DNA of 64,000 nt from Escherichia phage EscoHU1. The notes under the pieces are model-generated. The model was not told the DNA's origin. It made no database searches and saw only the letters and a list, made by a program, of their open reading frames with translations. This document shows, in pieces, positions 44,365 through 54,018 of the stretch. The stretch lies in sequence record NC_133119.1; one strand, 5' to 3'. Every line of letters begins with the position of its first letter. The first letter of the stretch is position 1. Position numbers and translations under genes: made by a program.

Positions 44365-45713
44365 AGGTTGTTATATCTAATAAAGCCTATTTCAAGCCCG
44401 ATGATGAACTCTGGGATTACTGTAGTAAACAAACCACTTATCACATCGAGACAATGACTAGTAAATACCCTATTATGTATAAGAATAGTGGTGTTGTTGC
44501 TAAAGAGATTAAGTGGATTCCCATTACGCGTCTAGATTTACTAGATGCTAAGGGAGTAAAATACGAATTAGTTGACAAACGCACGTTAGCTCCGGTAGAA
44601 ATACCAGAACCTCAGTTCAAGCTACGTGAGGAAGATCAGCTTCCTATATATGAAGAGTGCGATGATACTTGTATTATCAATGGTAAGCCTGGATTTGGTA
44701 AAACTATCCTAGCTCTAGCTCTTGCATATAAGTTTGGCCAGAAAACTCTGGTAATCTGCACTAACACATCCATTCGTGAAATGTGGGCTGCAGAAGTTCG
44801 TAAATGGTTTGGATTCGAGCCGGGTATTATAGGTTCTGGAAAGTATAACATTGATCCACCAATCGTGGTCAGTAATATACAAACAGTGAACAAACATGCG
44901 AATAATCTTTCTAAGGTATTCGGTACTGTTATAGTTGATGAAGTTCACCACTGTGTAGCTACAACTTTCACTAATTTCCTAGAGATCTCATGTGCTCGCT
45001 ACAAGATCGGTCTATCAGGTACATTAAAACGTAAAGATGGGCTACAAGTTATGTTCAAAGACTTCTTTGGATATAAGATCTTTAGTCCTCCGGTTAATAA
45101 TACTGTTCCACCCACAATCCATAGGTACTCCGTGCCTGTAGAATTATCAGGAAACCAGAACGTACCGTGGGCACTACGTGCTAATGATGTATATAATCAT
45201 CCTGAATATCGGGAAACTATTATAAACCTAGCACATTTATATGTGTCTATGGGGCATAAGGTTCTCTTTGTAAGTGATAGGACGGAACTAATCCAAACAA
45301 TATTAGAAGCTCTCGCACAACGTGGTGTTACAACCTATGAGATTATAGGTGCAACTCCTTTGGATGACCGATTGAGAATCCAGAAAGATGTAGCGGAGGG
45401 CGGACCCTGTGTGCTTGCAGCAGCTCAGAGTATCTTCTCAGAAGGTATTTCTCTTAACGAGCTGTCTTGTTTAATAATGGGAAGTCTCATTAATAATGAA
45501 TCTCTCATAGAACAGTTAGCAGGCCGCGTTCAACGTATTGTTGACGGAAAGCTAGATCCGATTGTTGTAGATTTAATTATGAAAGGAGGTACTGGTTTAA
45601 GACAGGCTTCTGGACGTATGGCCGTGTATCGCAATAATGCGTGGAAAACTATTACTATGACTCCGGAGAAAGCAGTACAATTAGCTAAAATTGCATTTGG
45701 CAACTGCTCATAA
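44361..45713 (+). CDS. SF2 DNA helicase (T5 D10-like)
   Basis: 450 aa; Walker A GKPGFGKT, DExH box VDEVHH, C-terminal helicase motifs. Confidence 0.7.
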   Translation: MKVVISNKAYFKPDDELWDYCSKQTTYHIETMTSKYPIMYKNSGVVAKEIKWIPITRLDLLDAKGVKYELVDKRTLAPVEIPEPQFKLREEDQLPIYEECDDTCIINGKPGFGKTILALALAYKFGQKTLVICTNTSIREMWAAEVRKWFGFEPGIIGSGKYNIDPPIVVSNIQTVNKHANNLSKVFGTVIVDEVHHCVATTFTNFLEISCARYKIGLSGTLKRKDGLQVMFKDFFGYKIFSPPVNNTVPPTIHRYSVPVELSGNQNVPWALRANDVYNHPEYRETIINLAHLYVSMGHKVLFVSDRTELIQTILEALAQRGVTTYEIIGATPLDDRLRIQKDVAEGGPCVLAAAQSIFSEGISLNELSCLIMGSLINNESLIEQLAGRVQRIVDGKLDPIVVDLIMKGGTGLRQASGRMAVYRNNAWKTITMTPEKAVQLAKIAFGNCS

Positions 45714-45796
45714 TTATTGTATAATATACACATAAATTTGAGAGAGAAAGTTTCGGATTGATAAGAAAGTCCGAAGCAGAAAAATAAAAATTGTAC

Positions 45797-45826
45797 TTGT
45801 CAAATCCTCCCGATTTAATGTATAAT
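45797..45826 (+). promoter_or_regulatory. T5-type promoter (TTGTCA-18-TATAAT)
   Basis: Followed by ...CATAAATTGATGAGAGAC and ATG 45854. Confidence 0.5.
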
Positions 45827-45853
45827 ATATACATAAATTGATGAGAGACAAAA

Positions 45854-46216
45854 ATGAAATTCTTTGATTACGAGAGAATTTACCTCTTAGCTAGAGGAAA
45901 CTCCGACCTGATTGTCAAGCTATTTAATAGAATGCTTGCAGAGCCTGATGCTCACCAGTTACTGGTCGGTTCTTCATTCATCTTGAATGAATCAACTATT
46001 GTTGATAACCCTTACAAATTGTCTAATAGACAACTGGCAGAATATCTAGGAATTCTAAGTCTACGAAATTATGCCGAATATAAGTTTACAAACGATCCGA
46101 GTTTGGACATGCAATATGTCCCCATATGGATACCACGTTCTGTAATCGACACTAACCCACTAATTGCAATCAATAAATCGAAGATAATCTTTAAAGAGGA
46201 AATAAAATATGGCTAA
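45854..46216 (+). CDS. hypothetical protein
   Basis: 120 aa ORF. Confidence 0.45.
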   Translation: MKFFDYERIYLLARGNSDLIVKLFNRMLAEPDAHQLLVGSSFILNESTIVDNPYKLSNRQLAEYLGILSLRNYAEYKFTNDPSLDMQYVPIWIPRSVIDTNPLIAINKSKIIFKEEIKYG

Positions 46217-46982
46217 GTCTTGGGGCGAAACTACTGGCGGTTCTAACGATAAAATCGACTTCCTGAAATTCAACAACGGTGTAACTCGTGTTCGTATCGT
46301 TTCTGGTGTTCTTCCACGTTATGTCTACTGGCTGACTAACAAAGATGGTAATGCAGCTCCGTTTGAGTGCCTGCGTTTCAACCGTACTAAAGAGAGCTTC
46401 GTTCGCGGTAAAGCTGACCCGATTCACGAAATGGGCTTCTTCGAGAAAGAGCTGGACAAAGATGGTAATCGTGTTCCGCTGAAACCGAAGAAAAACTACA
46501 TCGCTTTCGTTATCGACCGTTCTGATAACAAACTGAAAGTTATGGAAGTTAAAGCTACGATCCTGAAAGGCATCCAGTCTATCATGAAGCAGCTGAAACT
46601 GTCCGACCCGTTCGATATCGATATTTCTATCGAAAAGAAAGGTAAAGGCTTCGATACTGAGTACGATGTACAGCAGATCGCAGCAATGCAGTTCCAGATG
46701 GCTCTGAAAGATCCTACTAGCGCAGAAGCTAAACTGCACGCCGCAGATGCCGATATCCTCGGTGAAGCTATGTGTGATGATACTGGTGAGTTCATCAAGT
46801 TTGAAAAAGTTCCTTCTCTGGAAGAAACCTACCCGGTTCCGTCCTACGAAGAGCAGAAAGAAGCTATTCTCGCCTTCATGGAAGGTCGTGAGAAGCAAGA
46901 CGGCGGTGACGCTAAGTCTGGTGGTGATGCTGGTTCTCAGAAAGGCATCGACGCTGAAGCTGCTAGCGATCTGGACGACTAA
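46209..46982 (+). CDS. hypothetical replication/recombination protein with acidic C-terminal tail (D11-position)
   Basis: 257 aa, host-like codon usage, Gly/Asp-rich acidic tail (DGGDAKSGGDAGS...SDLDD); function not assigned. Confidence 0.45.
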   Translation: MAKSWGETTGGSNDKIDFLKFNNGVTRVRIVSGVLPRYVYWLTNKDGNAAPFECLRFNRTKESFVRGKADPIHEMGFFEKELDKDGNRVPLKPKKNYIAFVIDRSDNKLKVMEVKATILKGIQSIMKQLKLSDPFDIDISIEKKGKGFDTEYDVQQIAAMQFQMALKDPTSAEAKLHAADADILGEAMCDDTGEFIKFEKVPSLEETYPVPSYEEQKEAILAFMEGREKQDGGDAKSGGDAGSQKGIDAEAASDLDD

Positions 46983-46990
46983 TAAACCAA

Positions 46991-47016
46991 GGGGAGCTAC
47001 GGCTCCCTTTCTTTTT
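46991..47016 (+). terminator. intrinsic terminator
   Basis: Hairpin GGGAGC-TACG-GCTCCC followed by TTTCTTTTT. Confidence 0.55.
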
Positions 47017-47021
47017 AACTT

Positions 47022-47999
47022 ATGAGAATACTATTTAGTGCTGATCATCATATCAAATTAGGACAAGATAAAGTTCCAAAGGAATGGCAGAAGCGTCGCT
47101 TCCTGATGCTAGGAGAACGGTTAAATGACATATTCCATAATCATAACTGTGATCTGCATATTGCTGGTGGTGATATTCTTGATGTTGCCGACCCATCGTC
47201 GGAAGAAATAGAACTTCTTGAACAGTTCATGTCAAGACTTGACCATTCAGGCAAGATCTTCACTGGGAACCATGAAATGTTAACTAAAACTATTTCATGT
47301 CTGTATCATTATGCAGGAGTTATTAATAAAGTAACAAACGGAAATTGGGAAGTCATTACTAAACCATATCGTTCTCCTGAATTTGATATTATCCCTTATG
47401 ATGAAATCCACAAACCAAAGTGGAAACCATCTGAGTCAAAACTATGTTTCACGCATGTTCGTGGTGAAATCCCTCCACATGTAAAACCAGAGATTGATCT
47501 AACGAGGTATAACTGTTATGACACTGTAATTGCTGGCGATTTACATTCTTATACTAATAGTCAAACTGTTGGTTCTACTAGACTTCTTTATCCAGGATCT
47601 CCATTAACTACATCGTTCCATAGAGAACGAACAAAAGGTACAAATGGTTGTTTTATCATTGATACCGACACATTAAAAGTAGAATGGATTGAACTTGGTG
47701 ACTTACCACAACTGATTCGTAAAACAATCGGAGTTGGTGAGGAAATGGAGCCTAGTGACTATGACCGTGTAATTTATGAAGTCACTGGTGACGTCGTTCA
47801 GTTAAAGTCTATTAAAGATTCTGATCTCTTAGATAAAAAGATTAACCATCGAGTTACTAAAGATGCTAAGTTAAATCTTGTTGATCTTGATATGTTAGGC
47901 GAGCTTGAGCTTTACTTCCGTGAAGTTGAAAAGCTGTCTCAAGACGACATTGATAGAATCTTGGCTAGAGCTGCTAAATATGTCAAAGATTATAATTAA
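47022..47999 (+). CDS. sbcD: SbcD/Mre11-like nuclease
   Basis: Calcineurin-like phosphoesterase motifs DHH, GGDILD, GNHE. Confidence 0.75.
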   Translation: MRILFSADHHIKLGQDKVPKEWQKRRFLMLGERLNDIFHNHNCDLHIAGGDILDVADPSSEEIELLEQFMSRLDHSGKIFTGNHEMLTKTISCLYHYAGVINKVTNGNWEVITKPYRSPEFDIIPYDEIHKPKWKPSESKLCFTHVRGEIPPHVKPEIDLTRYNCYDTVIAGDLHSYTNSQTVGSTRLLYPGSPLTTSFHRERTKGTNGCFIIDTDTLKVEWIELGDLPQLIRKTIGVGEEMEPSDYDRVIYEVTGDVVQLKSIKDSDLLDKKINHRVTKDAKLNLVDLDMLGELELYFREVEKLSQDDIDRILARAAKYVKDYN

Positions 48000-49818
48000 G
48001 ACACTAAAATTCAGCAACGTTATGTCTTACGGTAAGGATATCGTAATTCATTTCGATAAGAATCCAGTTACTCAGTTAATCGGAGGAAACGGTCTAGGGA
48101 AGTCCACTATTGCTACTGTTATTGAGGAATTGTTTTATAACAAGAACTCACGTGGTATCAAGAAGGACGCCCTATTCTCTTGGGGTTCTCCGAAGAAAGA
48201 GTATGATATGCATGCTTACTTCTCGAAAGATGAAGATGAGTATGAATTGCATAAAGTAGTTAAATCAACTGCTAAGGTTACACTGATTAAGAATGGAGAA
48301 GATATCAGTGGACACACAGCAACTCAAACGTACAAGATGATTGAAGAGATTATGGGTGGTGACTTCCAAACATTCACTAAACTAATCTATCAATCTGTTG
48401 GTTCCAATCTAGACTTCCTCAAAGCAACTGATGCAACACGTAAAGCTTTTCTTGTTAATCTGTTCAATCAGGAACAGTATAAAGAGATGTCAGAAACTAT
48501 TAAGGCTGATCGTAAAGAAGTGGCAAGTACGTTAAGTAACTTGCAAGGCCAGATGGCCGTAATTACGAAGATCCTCAATGGAAAAGGTAATCTCGGAAGT
48601 TTACAGGAGCCAGTTGAAGTTCCAGAATTTGATGAAGAACCGTTAGCACAAGAACTTACTGAATCGAAAATTAAGGCGGCATTAGCCAAGTCACAAGAGG
48701 CTAATATTACTAAACTCCGTAATTTGGACAAAGCTGTACAAGTTGCCGAACAATCTTTCGAGCCTTTCAAAAATTTCCCTGCGCCCACTGACCAATCTGA
48801 AGAGATCTCAAGTGTTACGCGTGACTTAACGATTGTTACCTCACGTGCGGGAGAAGTCAAGAAACGTTATCAGAAGTTTAAGCAAGAGGCTTCAAATACT
48901 GAATGTCCTACTTGTGGTACGCATCTTGATACAACTGCTGCTCAAAAAGCAATGGATATGGCTAGAACAGAATATGATCCTCTGTTTAAAGAGAAACAAT
49001 CTCTCGAAGCTACATTGGAGCAGTTAAAGAAAGAACAACTCGAGTACGCTGCGTATACTAGAGCTAAGGATGCTTTAGATAAGGCAGTAGCAGCTAGAGA
49101 CGAGTTCAAAAATTCAATGAGTGATGCTTCTTTTGAAGAACTCAATGTGCAGATCCTACAGGTGCAAATCCGACAATTAGAACAGGAAATCGCTGATGGC
49201 CGTTCTAAAGTTGCAATTGCCAAAGAGCATAATGCAAATGTCGAATTAGCCAATGCAAAATATAAAGCGAAACTAGAACAGATTGAAAAAGCTGAGGCAG
49301 AAATGTCTGAGATAACGTCCAAACTGGATGGAGTATCAGAAGCTGTTGCTGATCTTGATATTCTGATCGCTGCATTGAAAAATCTGGTAGGATATAAACT
49401 AGAGCATAGTGTGAAAGTATTTGAGGAATTGATTAATAAATATCTTTCTATTATGACTGGTGGTAAGTTCGCACTTGGATTTGAACTTGATGAAACTAAA
49501 TTACAAGTAGTAATCTTCAATGATGGAAACCGTACCAGTATGGAAAACTGCTCTACTGGTCAGCAAAGTAGAATTAACCTAGCAACTCTGTTAGCTATTC
49601 GAATGCTGTTAACATCTATTAGTAAAGTTAATATTAATCTTCTGTTCCTTGACGAAGTTATTAGCTTTATTGATACGAAAGGACTTGATACTCTCGTTGA
49701 ATTATTAAATGAGGAAGATAGTCTGAATTCTATCATTGTTTCTCATGGGCATACGCATCCATTAGCCCATAAGATTACTGTCAAAAAAGATGCAGAAGGA
49801 TTTTCCTACTTAGAATAA
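47980..49818 (+). CDS. sbcC: SbcC/Rad50-like ATPase
   Basis: N-terminal Walker A GGNGLGKST, long central coiled coil, C-terminal LLFLDEV (Walker B); start at ATG 47980 overlapping sbcD. Confidence 0.7.
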   Translation: MSKIIIKTLKFSNVMSYGKDIVIHFDKNPVTQLIGGNGLGKSTIATVIEELFYNKNSRGIKKDALFSWGSPKKEYDMHAYFSKDEDEYELHKVVKSTAKVTLIKNGEDISGHTATQTYKMIEEIMGGDFQTFTKLIYQSVGSNLDFLKATDATRKAFLVNLFNQEQYKEMSETIKADRKEVASTLSNLQGQMAVITKILNGKGNLGSLQEPVEVPEFDEEPLAQELTESKIKAALAKSQEANITKLRNLDKAVQVAEQSFEPFKNFPAPTDQSEEISSVTRDLTIVTSRAGEVKKRYQKFKQEASNTECPTCGTHLDTTAAQKAMDMARTEYDPLFKEKQSLEATLEQLKKEQLEYAAYTRAKDALDKAVAARDEFKNSMSDASFEELNVQILQVQIRQLEQEIADGRSKVAIAKEHNANVELANAKYKAKLEQIEKAEAEMSEITSKLDGVSEAVADLDILIAALKNLVGYKLEHSVKVFEELINKYLSIMTGGKFALGFELDETKLQVVIFNDGNRTSMENCSTGQQSRINLATLLAIRMLLTSISKVNINLLFLDEVISFIDTKGLDTLVELLNEEDSLNSIIVSHGHTHPLAHKITVKKDAEGFSYLE

Positions 49819-49821
49819 AAT

Positions 49822-50304
49822 ATGGCCGTAGATAGTAGAGAGAAAGGTAAACGTGGTGAATATCAGGTAAGAGATATACTACGTGAACGTACAGGTCTTG
49901 AGTGGGAACGTGTTCCAGGTTCTGGTGCTTTTGGCCAGAGCCATGGACTGAAGGGTGACATCTACCTTCCACCACAAAGCGGACACATTAGTAAATACTG
50001 CTTCGAAGTTAAGTGGTATAAAGATGATAACATATCAAGTAATTTATTTAACGTTGGTGAATCCACTCTAGAGAAGTGGTGGCAGCAGTGTTCCCGTGAA
50101 GGTGAACAGATGAACTCCAAACCAGCCTTAATATTCAAGAAAGACAGAGGACAGTGGTTAATTGCTTTGGATAGCTCAGACCCTATGGTCGACAACTTAA
50201 TGAGTCGTACCCATATGGTGTTAAATAAGAAAGACATGGAAATCGTAATCGGGTTATTCGAACCGTGGTTACATCACGCATCTGTTGAGGACTTAATTAA
50301 ATAA
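49822..50304 (+). CDS. hypothetical protein (D14-position), possible PD-(D/E)xK nuclease fold
   Basis: 160 aa ORF between sbcC-like and flap endonuclease genes. Confidence 0.4.
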   Translation: MAVDSREKGKRGEYQVRDILRERTGLEWERVPGSGAFGQSHGLKGDIYLPPQSGHISKYCFEVKWYKDDNISSNLFNVGESTLEKWWQQCSREGEQMNSKPALIFKKDRGQWLIALDSSDPMVDNLMSRTHMVLNKKDMEIVIGLFEPWLHHASVEDLIK

Positions 50305-51179
50305 TGAGTAAATCCTGGGGAAAATTTATTGAAGAGGAAGAAGCTGAGCTGGCTTCTCGTCGCAACCTAATGATTGTTGATGGAACTAACTTAGGCTTCC
50401 GCTTCAAACATAATAATAGTAAGAAACCCTTCGCTTCAAGTTATGTTTCTACAATTCAATCTCTCGCAAAATCCTACTCAGCTAGAACTACAATCGTTCT
50501 CGGTGATAAAGGAAAGTCTGTATTCCGTTTAGAGCATCTTCCTGATTATAAGGGCAACCGTGATGAAAAGTATGCTCAACGTACAGAAGAAGAGAAAGCA
50601 CTAGATGAACAGTTCTTCGAGTATCTTCGTGATGCTTTCGAGTTGTGTGAAACCACATTCCCAACTTTCACTATTCGTGGTGTAGAAGCAGACGATATGG
50701 CAGCTTATATTGTTAAGCTCATTGGTCATTTATATGATCACGTTTGGCTGATCTCTACTGATGGTGACTGGGATACTCTATTAACTGATCGAGTTTCTCG
50801 CTTCTCCTTCACCACACGTCGTGAGTACCATCTTCGTGATATGTATGAACATCATAACGTTGACGATGTAGATCAGTTTATCTCTCTGAAAGCAATTATG
50901 GGAGATCTTGGTGATAACATCCGTGGTGTTGAAGGCATCGGTGCAAAACGTGGTTATAATATTATCCGTGAATTTGGTAATGTTCTGGATATTATTGATC
51001 AACTCCCTCTGCCTGGGAAACAGAAATATATACAGAATCTGAACGCATCGGAGGAGTTGCTTTTCCGAAATCTGATTCTGGTTGATTTACCGACCTATTG
51101 TGTAGATGCTATTGCTGCTGTGGGTCAAGACGTATTAGATAAGTTTACGAAAGATATTTTGGAGATCGCAGGACAATGA
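50304..51179 (+). CDS. fen: 5'-3' exonuclease / flap endonuclease (T5 D15-type)
   Basis: 291 aa; N-terminal acidic site (MIVDGTNL), central ADDM, C-terminal H3TH block (GIGAKRG). Confidence 0.85.
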   Translation: MSKSWGKFIEEEEAELASRRNLMIVDGTNLGFRFKHNNSKKPFASSYVSTIQSLAKSYSARTTIVLGDKGKSVFRLEHLPDYKGNRDEKYAQRTEEEKALDEQFFEYLRDAFELCETTFPTFTIRGVEADDMAAYIVKLIGHLYDHVWLISTDGDWDTLLTDRVSRFSFTTRREYHLRDMYEHHNVDDVDQFISLKAIMGDLGDNIRGVEGIGAKRGYNIIREFGNVLDIIDQLPLPGKQKYIQNLNASEELLFRNLILVDLPTYCVDAIAAVGQDVLDKFTKDILEIAGQ

Positions 51180-51622
51180 TTAAAATTAAACTAACTCATC
51201 CAGATTGCATGCCAAAGATTGGTTCTGATGATGCCGCAGGTATGGATCTGCGTGCATTCTTCGGTACTAACCTTGCAGCAGATTTACGTGCTATTGCACC
51301 AGGCAAATCCCTTATGATTGACACCGGTGTCGCGGTGGAAATTCCGCGAGGTTGGTTTGGTTTGGTAGTTCCTCGCAGCTCTTTAGGTAAGCGTAAACTG
51401 ATGATCGCAAATACCGCAGGAGTGATCGATTCAGACTACCGTGGTACTATTAAGATGAACCTTTATAACTATGGTTCTGAAATGCAAACTCTGGAGAATT
51501 TCGAAAGACTTTGTCAGCTAGTGGTACTACCACACTACTCAACCCATCATTTTGAAATTGTTGACGAACTAGAGGAGACTGATCGTGGAGAAGGCGGCTT
51601 TGGAAGCTCAGGAAGTAAGTAA
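51176..51622 (+). CDS. dut: dUTPase
   Basis: 148 aa; VIDSDYRGTIK and C-terminal GGFGSSG dUTPase motifs. Confidence 0.85.
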   Translation: MIKIKLTHPDCMPKIGSDDAAGMDLRAFFGTNLAADLRAIAPGKSLMIDTGVAVEIPRGWFGLVVPRSSLGKRKLMIANTAGVIDSDYRGTIKMNLYNYGSEMQTLENFERLCQLVVLPHYSTHHFEIVDELEETDRGEGGFGSSGSK

Positions 51623-51638
51623 TTTTGCTGATCCTAAT

Positions 51639-51851
51639 ATGATAGGATCATTTGAACATCCCGCTACGTATCATCATGTTATGGTAGCAGAACCGGATGT
51701 GAATAACGTAGTTCTTAAGGTAGATCGTGAAGGCAATGTAATCCAGTGGGATGAAAAGGCTTTTGTCGAACTATGTAGCAATTCAGAAGATCCTACTCTT
51801 CGAGCTATGTTAGCAGTGTTTAACTTAGGTGTTATTGCAGGTAGCAGATAA
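51639..51851 (+). CDS. hypothetical protein
   Basis: Internal ATG of an 88-codon ORF after the dut stop; about 70 aa. Confidence 0.35.
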   Translation: MIGSFEHPATYHHVMVAEPDVNNVVLKVDREGNVIQWDEKAFVELCSNSEDPTLRAMLAVFNLGVIAGSR

Positions 51852-51856
51852 TAATA

Positions 51857-51892
51857 AACCCCAGTGGATTGTCCACTGGGGTTTTCTTTTAT
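51857..51892. terminator. bidirectional intrinsic terminator between convergent early and late units
   Basis: Hairpin AAACCCCAGTGG...CCACTGGGGTTT with A/T runs on both sides. Confidence 0.6.
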
Positions 51893-53976
51893 TTAGCAAG
51901 AAGTTGTTTTACCAATTCCTTGAGTTCATCAATTTCTTGCTGCTGCTTCTCAACCACTTCGTTAAGCTCGTTAAAAGCATTAACTAGCAAAGCGTTTACA
52001 CCAGCATGAGATACGCCGAGCATACTATCTTCTTTTTGTGGTTCGATCTTATATACTGCCTCTGGAAGAACAGCCTGTACATCCTGGGCTATAACACCAG
52101 CTTCAATGTTATAGGTAGTATCTTTTTCCTCTTTAAGGGTACTTCTCTTATAATATGTATAGCCTACCAGAGATTTAACCTTATCGCGAGCATTCTCAAT
52201 TTCCTTGAGGTTGGCTTTCATGCGTATGTCAGAAGTACTTACCCATTGACCTGCAGCAGCAGTACCACCACTATCAAAGCGATATTCAGCACCTTTACAG
52301 TATAAGCTAAGCTGTGCACCACCAGCAGCCCATAGCACAGCATCCATACCAGATACCCAATCCACACCCCATTTAACACTTTTCCATATAGCGTACGCTG
52401 CATCCGTAGCTTCATGCTCTACTAGCACTCCACAAGGTCTATCTCTCCAAGCAGTAAATGCCCCTCCTTTAATAGTACCACCTACTAAGCTTCCAGCACC
52501 ACCATCTGCTATACCCATACTTTTGAAGGTAGCTCGATCCCGTATTGGATCAGCTATTAAACCAAATGCCCCATGTACTTGTTGCCAAACACCCCAAGTA
52601 CCACTATCCATTGTACGTGTGCAGATAGAACTTTTCCAAGCACCTGTAAATAACGTAGCCCTTTGAGTTCTATAATTTGGATCAGGGTGGACCAAAGTTT
52701 CTAGAAAGAACCAAGCATCTTCTAATCCTGGGATTTGTTGGAAAGGGCGTACGCCTACAATATTAGAGCCAGGAGAAGGAGGAACTGTTAAGGTTGAATT
52801 AAAGTCTATACTGTCAATATTAAAACCTCCTGGATATCTTCCAGATATAGACTGTAGCAAGCCCCACTCACTTAATTCTAGATTTCTTCTAGCCTGAGCA
52901 GCTGAATTAGCCCCGGTACCTCCACTAGCTATTCCTAGCGGTATTTCCTGATTAGTTTCTAGATTGTAAGCTCCCCAAACCCCATCTGCTATTCTAAATA
53001 TCTTCTTAGCATCAGGACTACTCATTCTAGTATCTAGGGCAGTCTGACTAAATCTATTAATACCAAATTTAGTTTTAGCCCCTTCTATAGAATTAGCCCC
53101 TGTACCACCATTAGCAACTGGTACAGTAGACTGTGAATTGAATTGCTCTTGCCAACCTTTCCAATTACCAGTACCATCCAGAACGTTAGTCCAAGTACTT
53201 CCAGATAATCCAGTGGCTTTTAACATACCATACTGAGCAGCACCATTAATATCCACACCATGGCAATGGAAGTTATATGTCCACCATCCTTCAGTAACTG
53301 GAGGAATATGTGTAACACCATCTCCAGAAGAGTAGTATCCACTTTGTCCAGCGATTGCGATATAATTTAGAACATTCTCCCCATTAGGTATTACTTCAGC
53401 TAAGGCGCCAACTGGAACATTAAGATTTTTTCTTGCAGCTTTTGGAGTAGTTCCTCCAGTACCACCAAATGCAACTTTTAATGCTTGTACAGCCGCAGTA
53501 GAACTCTCAATTAAACCAAAATCTCCGCTATCATATATAAATAAAGAATATTTCTCATTGGGAGATACAATAAAAGTTCCATTACTCTGCTGACGAAGGC
53601 GTTCAACTTGTAAGGCCTTCTTAGCACCATCTAATGTAGTAGCACCAGTACCACCTTGAGAAATTTTAATAGCTTTAGTAAGTGCATTTAATTCTGTAAT
53701 ATCGTTATTAGCACCTTTAGCAGCTTTAGTATTTAAAGTAGTATTAATACCACCTAACGCAGTGTTGATATTACCAATTGATTCGTTAATACTATTGATA
53801 GATGCATCGGTAGCAGCTTTATCAGTATTATACTTTGAAATTTGTAGATATTTAGAAGTTAGCACAACAGCACCAGCTTCTCCGTCAATAGAGAAAACGC
53901 CGGCAACCGCGGCGTCTCTATTAACTACAACATAGGGGGCCATAGCCCCACTTTTTGGCATTAAATTACGTGACAT
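51889..53976 (-). CDS. tail fibre protein with C-terminal intramolecular chaperone domain (second L-shaped-fibre-like gene)
   Basis: 695 aa; Gly/Thr/Ala-rich shaft, C-terminal S74-type chaperone signature (...TSDIRMKANLKEI...VGYTYYKR...) and coiled-coil tail. Confidence 0.65.
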   Translation of the reverse strand: MSRNLMPKSGAMAPYVVVNRDAAVAGVFSIDGEAGAVVLTSKYLQISKYNTDKAATDASINSINESIGNINTALGGINTTLNTKAAKGANNDITELNALTKAIKISQGGTGATTLDGAKKALQVERLRQQSNGTFIVSPNEKYSLFIYDSGDFGLIESSTAAVQALKVAFGGTGGTTPKAARKNLNVPVGALAEVIPNGENVLNYIAIAGQSGYYSSGDGVTHIPPVTEGWWTYNFHCHGVDINGAAQYGMLKATGLSGSTWTNVLDGTGNWKGWQEQFNSQSTVPVANGGTGANSIEGAKTKFGINRFSQTALDTRMSSPDAKKIFRIADGVWGAYNLETNQEIPLGIASGGTGANSAAQARRNLELSEWGLLQSISGRYPGGFNIDSIDFNSTLTVPPSPGSNIVGVRPFQQIPGLEDAWFFLETLVHPDPNYRTQRATLFTGAWKSSICTRTMDSGTWGVWQQVHGAFGLIADPIRDRATFKSMGIADGGAGSLVGGTIKGGAFTAWRDRPCGVLVEHEATDAAYAIWKSVKWGVDWVSGMDAVLWAAGGAQLSLYCKGAEYRFDSGGTAAAGQWVSTSDIRMKANLKEIENARDKVKSLVGYTYYKRSTLKEEKDTTYNIEAGVIAQDVQAVLPEAVYKIEPQKEDSMLGVSHAGVNALLVNAFNELNEVVEKQQQEIDELKELVKQLLAK

Positions 53977-54018
53977 TAACTAGTACCTTTATAAGGGGGC
54001 TAGGCCCCTACTGTATTA

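Noticed and set aside
46191-46898. 235-aa minus-strand ORF
   Set aside because: Lies entirely antisense to the plus-strand gene 46209-46982, which has an RBS, host-like codon usage and a terminator; the antisense frame is Phe/Leu-rich low-complexity typical of shadow ORFs.
48942-49520. 192-aa minus-strand ORF (also 48468-48860)
   Set aside because: Antisense to the SbcC-like gene; Ser/Ala-rich shadow frame with no RBS or promoter.
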